Shown piece by piece: positions 61,901-64,000 of a stretch of 64,000 bases of DNA. Source of the stretch: Chrysomallon squamiferum (Eukaryota; Animalia; Mollusca); the NCBI GenBank assembly GCA_012295275.1, contig CM022665.1:30442001-30506000 (forward strand), written 5' to 3'. Made by a program: the position numbers and the translations under genes. Numbering within the stretch: position 1 is the stretch's first letter; every line of letters starts with the position of its first letter. The notes below the pieces were generated by a model. That model saw only the letters and a list, made by a program, of their open reading frames with translations. It was not told the origin of the DNA and did not search any database.

Positions 61901-63786
61901 GTTTTAACTTTTAATGAAACATTTTAATTATTAATATCATCATCATCATCAGTCTATAATCTTTTTCAATCTAATTTTTAAACACCTCAGTTGGTAGGAT
62001 TTTTTGTTTTCTTAATTAATAAATTATGTATTTTATGAAAAAGAAACACAAACTTTAACATAAATAAGACTGCAAATCTCAGTTCTTCAGTGACAAAATA
62101 AACAGCTCATTAAAAAACTAAAACAAAATTGTATTAATAAAAGTACAGAATATTAAATATAAATTCGCTGCTTCAGTTAAATTATAAACAACATGCTAAT
62201 TTTGGAACTTGTTTTCCTAGTAATACAGATAGATAAAAACTTTAAAAAAGGAACGAAAGTGGATAAAAGGAAAGGAATAAAATAAATTTTCAGGAAACAA
62301 ACAAAATTTAATAAACTGAACTTACCATTTACCATACCCATAAATTGGTCAGTGAAAGATAATGTGTTCTTATCTGAAGTACAGTAAATAAAAATACACC
62401 TACTAAATCATACCCAGCTGTTGACAATCACTTATAGTCTCTTATTTAATCTTTAAAAATAAATAACTTCCAAGAAAAAAAAAAAAAAAAAAAATTCTGT
62501 TGTTGGCTTTTTCCATATTAGAAGGAACTTATAATAATAATATGATATGATAAAATGTAGACTGGAATGGTCCATAACAACACTGTCACCTTACTCAGAA
62601 GCTGAAATTCTGCTGTAACTAATCAGTAGAATAACTATTTTATTTATAGAATAAAATAATACATTTTCTACAGACTACTCTAGCAAACAAATTTAACATT
62701 TTAACCCCCCCTACTTCAATAACAGACTGTAAACTCTAAGAGATACAACTAAAATATTTCTGAACAACTTAATATATTAATGGATTAACAGATTCAACAA
62801 TATAAAAGAATATGTAAACTTTAACTATCTTTTATAATTGTTATTGTTTTTTTACCACATAGAAAATTAGTTTGCAAATATCAGTGACTGGAGTCTATCA
62901 GTAAATATTAAAAAACAAAACAAAACAAAACAAAAAAAACGATATCCCAAATAACACAAAGCAACAGACACTCATGTGACAAAAATCAGGAAGTGGGAGA
63001 AAAAGAAAAAAAATCAGGTGAATGTGTCATTTAATAAATTTTGTATACAACAAGAAAAAAAAAAAATTAAAAATTAAAAAATTAAGAAAATAAAACGTAA
63101 TATTATACAAAGAAAAACTATTACCTGTTTGTGGTGTTTCGGTATCATCAGGAACCTCAGTATCATCACTGTTGACGTCAATGGCAACTTTATCATCACC
63201 TACATCTATTTCAGTGTCATCAACTAGTGCATTAGTAGATTGGTTATCTTGATTTTTGGATTCTCCTTGATTTTCTTCAAGTTTGTTTTTACTTTCTTGT
63301 TTTGAATCAGCTGATTCTAACACTTCAGTATCATCAGGTATTTCAGTTTCATCCTCTAGTTTCTAGCAATTATCATTATTATCATTTCATTATGCAAAAA
63401 ATAATAAAAGAATATGACATAAAGAGCATAATAGTTTTATAGATAATTTTGTTAAAATTTACAGATGAAACAATCCAGAATTAAAACAAAAACTAAAATA
63501 AAATAAGAAGAATAAAATTCCATTATTTAACCTTAAACAACTTTATTCATAATGTATTAAACGAACACTGTTCATGAAATCTAAATCACTACTTTGAATT
63601 TTCTTCAAAGTTTTTAACAAGACATTTTAAGATTTGTAATTTATTATGACTAATATAATATCCAAATGTCAATGTTTTCTTTTAACATTAAGCAAATAAT
63701 TGTCCAACTTTTTCTTAAATGTTTTCATATGCTTACCAGTTGTTCTTTGTTCTGGATATTTTCAGTATCTTTTTCATTTTTACTTT
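44186..63786 (-). CDS. MIA3: TANGO1 / MIA3 (cTAGE5/MIA2-related) ER-exit-site cargo receptor, 3' part: 27 exons, ~1,630 aa; N-terminal SH3-like domain outside the window
   Basis: Architecture: long acidic/Gln-rich spacer, LLIHTLPP...PLGL + TM helix, two coiled-coil regions, Pro-rich C-terminus. Family-type motifs: LLSEAEDWKDRVHEL, IQAMIDVAKV, QTKLTVLSDYFKEKE, IAANEKKAHENWLTARAAEREL...RQKLT. Exon phases all join in frame (total 4904 nt). Confidence 0.92.
44789..45015 (-). CDS. MIA3: TANGO1 proline-rich exon (GC donor)
   Basis: ttgcag|DPDFRGSPHPERIPPPPFDRRPPPPP...PPPGMEPRL(G)|gcaagt. Confidence 0.88.
45530..45788 (-). CDS. MIA3: TANGO1 proline-rich exon
   Basis: tttcag|IMNGPPPPGMDLGPRPPPPG...NMPPLPHM(R)|gtttgt. 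Confidence 0.92.
46017..46105 (-). CDS. MIA3: TANGO1 exon (start of Pro-rich domain)
   Basis: ttctag|LTDVERRQMEGMGPSGLIRPLPTRGMPPL|gtaacc. Confidence 0.9.
46667..46734 (-). CDS. MIA3: TANGO1 exon
   Basis: ttgcag|LTARAAERELKECRLELRNMRQ(K)|gtaaga. Confidence 0.93.
47254..47289 (-). CDS. MIA3: TANGO1 exon (36 nt, conserved motif)
   Basis: ttacag|IAANEKKAHENW|gtaggt; EKKAH[DE]NW is a TANGO1/cTAGE5 signature. Confidence 0.93.
47679..47739 (-). CDS. MIA3: TANGO1 exon
   Basis: ttacag|SQAESLKREIEASERDFRFQ|gtttat. Confidence 0.9.
48345..48446 (-). CDS. MIA3: TANGO1 exon (second coiled coil)
   Basis: ttacag|ELGEQELLKKENINKLVSADEYTKMIERDLELY|gtatta. Confidence 0.9.
48864..49002 (-). CDS. MIA3: TANGO1 exon (second coiled coil)
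   Basis: ttttag|QLEKSRREMEMLQSDKMKAERQNEEAQTKLTVLSDYFKEKEVQMQ|gtgtgt. Confidence 0.92.
49282..49372 (-). CDS. MIA3: TANGO1 exon (second coiled coil)
   Basis: tgttag|VNARLRAAEEEKNTFENKLHIEMDARKEME|gtgtgt. Confidence 0.9.
49752..49804 (-). CDS. MIA3: TANGO1 exon
   Basis: ctacag|NQASIEEKIQAMIDVAK|gtatga. Confidence 0.9.
49815..49955. repeat. (AAAAT)n pentanucleotide array
   Basis: Direct reading; abuts a TANGO1 splice acceptor. Confidence 0.95.
50330..50405 (-). CDS. MIA3: TANGO1 exon
   Basis: ttatag|VMKDCFLQLKVLEPKDGENDGEFMQ|gtaaat. Confidence 0.9.
50728..50818 (-). CDS. MIA3: TANGO1 exon (coiled coil)
   Basis: tttcag|VHELKERLEGMETEFKQMQETVAFKENELE|gtgtgt. Confidence 0.9.
51248..51279 (-). 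CDS. MIA3: TANGO1 exon (32 nt)
   Basis: ttctag|LLSEAEDWKD(R)|gtgaga; family-type motif. Confidence 0.9.
51674..51778 (-). CDS. MIA3: TANGO1 exon (coiled coil)
   Basis: tactag|KSSEIKEKNEELSNLKTHVQSLGDQVKMLETRKQQ|gtatgc. Confidence 0.88.
52069..52140 (-). CDS. MIA3: TANGO1 exon (coiled coil)
   Basis: tgacag|FKDLQKQLSKLEEKSKKTEQELQK|gtaaaa. Confidence 0.88.
52922..53032 (-). CDS. MIA3: TANGO1 exon (coiled coil)
   Basis: ctacag|LHNETLKQQLNASESHVTELKQQLADVMGNVKSSDKK|gtaatt. Confidence 0.88.
53491..53568 (-). CDS. MIA3: TANGO1 exon (coiled coil)
   Basis: cttcag|MSQIQKEFQKQKSATTKLETDLHTYQ|gtatta. Confidence 0.87.
54084..54172 (-). CDS. MIA3: TANGO1 exon (coiled coil)
   Basis: cattag|VIRELEEKLFVSTKEKENLEDALGDKQKE|gtaaac. 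Confidence 0.9.
54703..54739 (-). CDS. MIA3: TANGO1 exon (basic juxtamembrane)
   Basis: ttccag|GRKKGADKKDPL|gtaaat; phase 0-1. Confidence 0.88.
55279..55407 (-). CDS. MIA3: TANGO1 transmembrane exon
   Basis: tttcag|LPPSIQSILEQEPLGLSPHMSVLVTIATSFVLIMFAVCSCICG|gtatgt. Confidence 0.92.
56543..56865 (-). CDS. MIA3: TANGO1 exon (end of luminal region; acceptor could be 56865 or 56859)
   Basis: ttatcag|..PDNLIKE...MVTPIPD...DEKIRLLIHT|gttagt; phase 1-0. Confidence 0.85.
57097..59199 (-). CDS. MIA3: TANGO1 giant luminal-spacer exon (2103 nt)
   Basis: 700-aa open frame rich in E/Q/K/D/S/T/P; acceptor gttttag, donor A|gtaagt; phase 1-1. Confidence 0.92.
61553..61648 (-). CDS. MIA3: TANGO1 exon (96 nt, symmetric)
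   Basis: tttcag|DDRYLSLREIDQNLLGIPDLPNENIKRDDIS|gtagag; phase 1-1. Confidence 0.72.
62326..62373 (-). CDS. MIA3: TANGO1 exon (48 nt, symmetric)
   Basis: cttcag|KNTLSFTDQFMGMVN|gtaagt; phase 1-1. Confidence 0.7.
63125..63362 (-). CDS. MIA3: TANGO1 exon (acidic luminal spacer)
   Basis: tgctag|KLEDETEIPDDTEVLESADSKQ...DDTETPQT|gtaata; phase 0-1. Confidence 0.85.
63737..63786 (-). CDS. MIA3: TANGO1 exon (luminal spacer)
   Basis: tttcag|SKNEKDTENIQNKEQL|gtaagc; phase 1-0. Confidence 0.75.
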
Positions 63787-64000
63787 CTGAAAAATATTTT
63801 AAAATTTATGTCTTCATATGTTGTCATTTTAGCTAACAAATGGATTTTTGGTTTTTTTTGCTATTCAACAAAAGCTTTATATAAAAATCATTTGCAGATT
63901 ATGTCCACAAAAAATTTTGAATTACTAAAATCAACAGAAATAATTATATATAAACTCAAAAAGTTTAAGAATTAAAGAATTAAAAATGAACTCCTCAAAC

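Overview
This is AT-rich, intron-rich animal genomic DNA, probably an invertebrate. Its SINE-like repeats resemble molluscan (gastropod) elements, which is an inference. Most ORF-track entries are low-complexity noise. Two spliced genes lie in tandem on the minus strand. (1) The 5' part of a phospholipase C beta-4/norpA-like gene has ATG at 28004 and 8 coding exons down to position 56 (PH domain and EF-hand region). It has a probable non-coding first exon and CpG-rich promoter at ~32.4-33.2 kb, and it continues beyond position 1. (2) The 3' part of a TANGO1/MIA3(-cTAGE5)-like gene has 27 coding exons from 63786 to the stop at 44186, about 1,630 aa in this window: acidic luminal spacer, TM segment, coiled coils and proline-rich tail. 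Its SH3-like N-terminus must lie beyond 64000. I checked all exon phases by hand and they join in frame. Non-coding parts hold a Mariner-type non-autonomous element, a fossil rve-type integrase, decayed tRNA-like SINE copies, minisatellites and many microsatellites. I cannot support a wholly new biological system here. The best leads are gene-regulatory: a four-segment alternative RNA pairing over the TANGO1 stop codon beside a PDZ-type C-terminus, a GC-AG intron, candidate microexons, a skippable 2.1-kb exon, candidate internal first exons of PLC-beta4, and a splice-created overlapping uORF.
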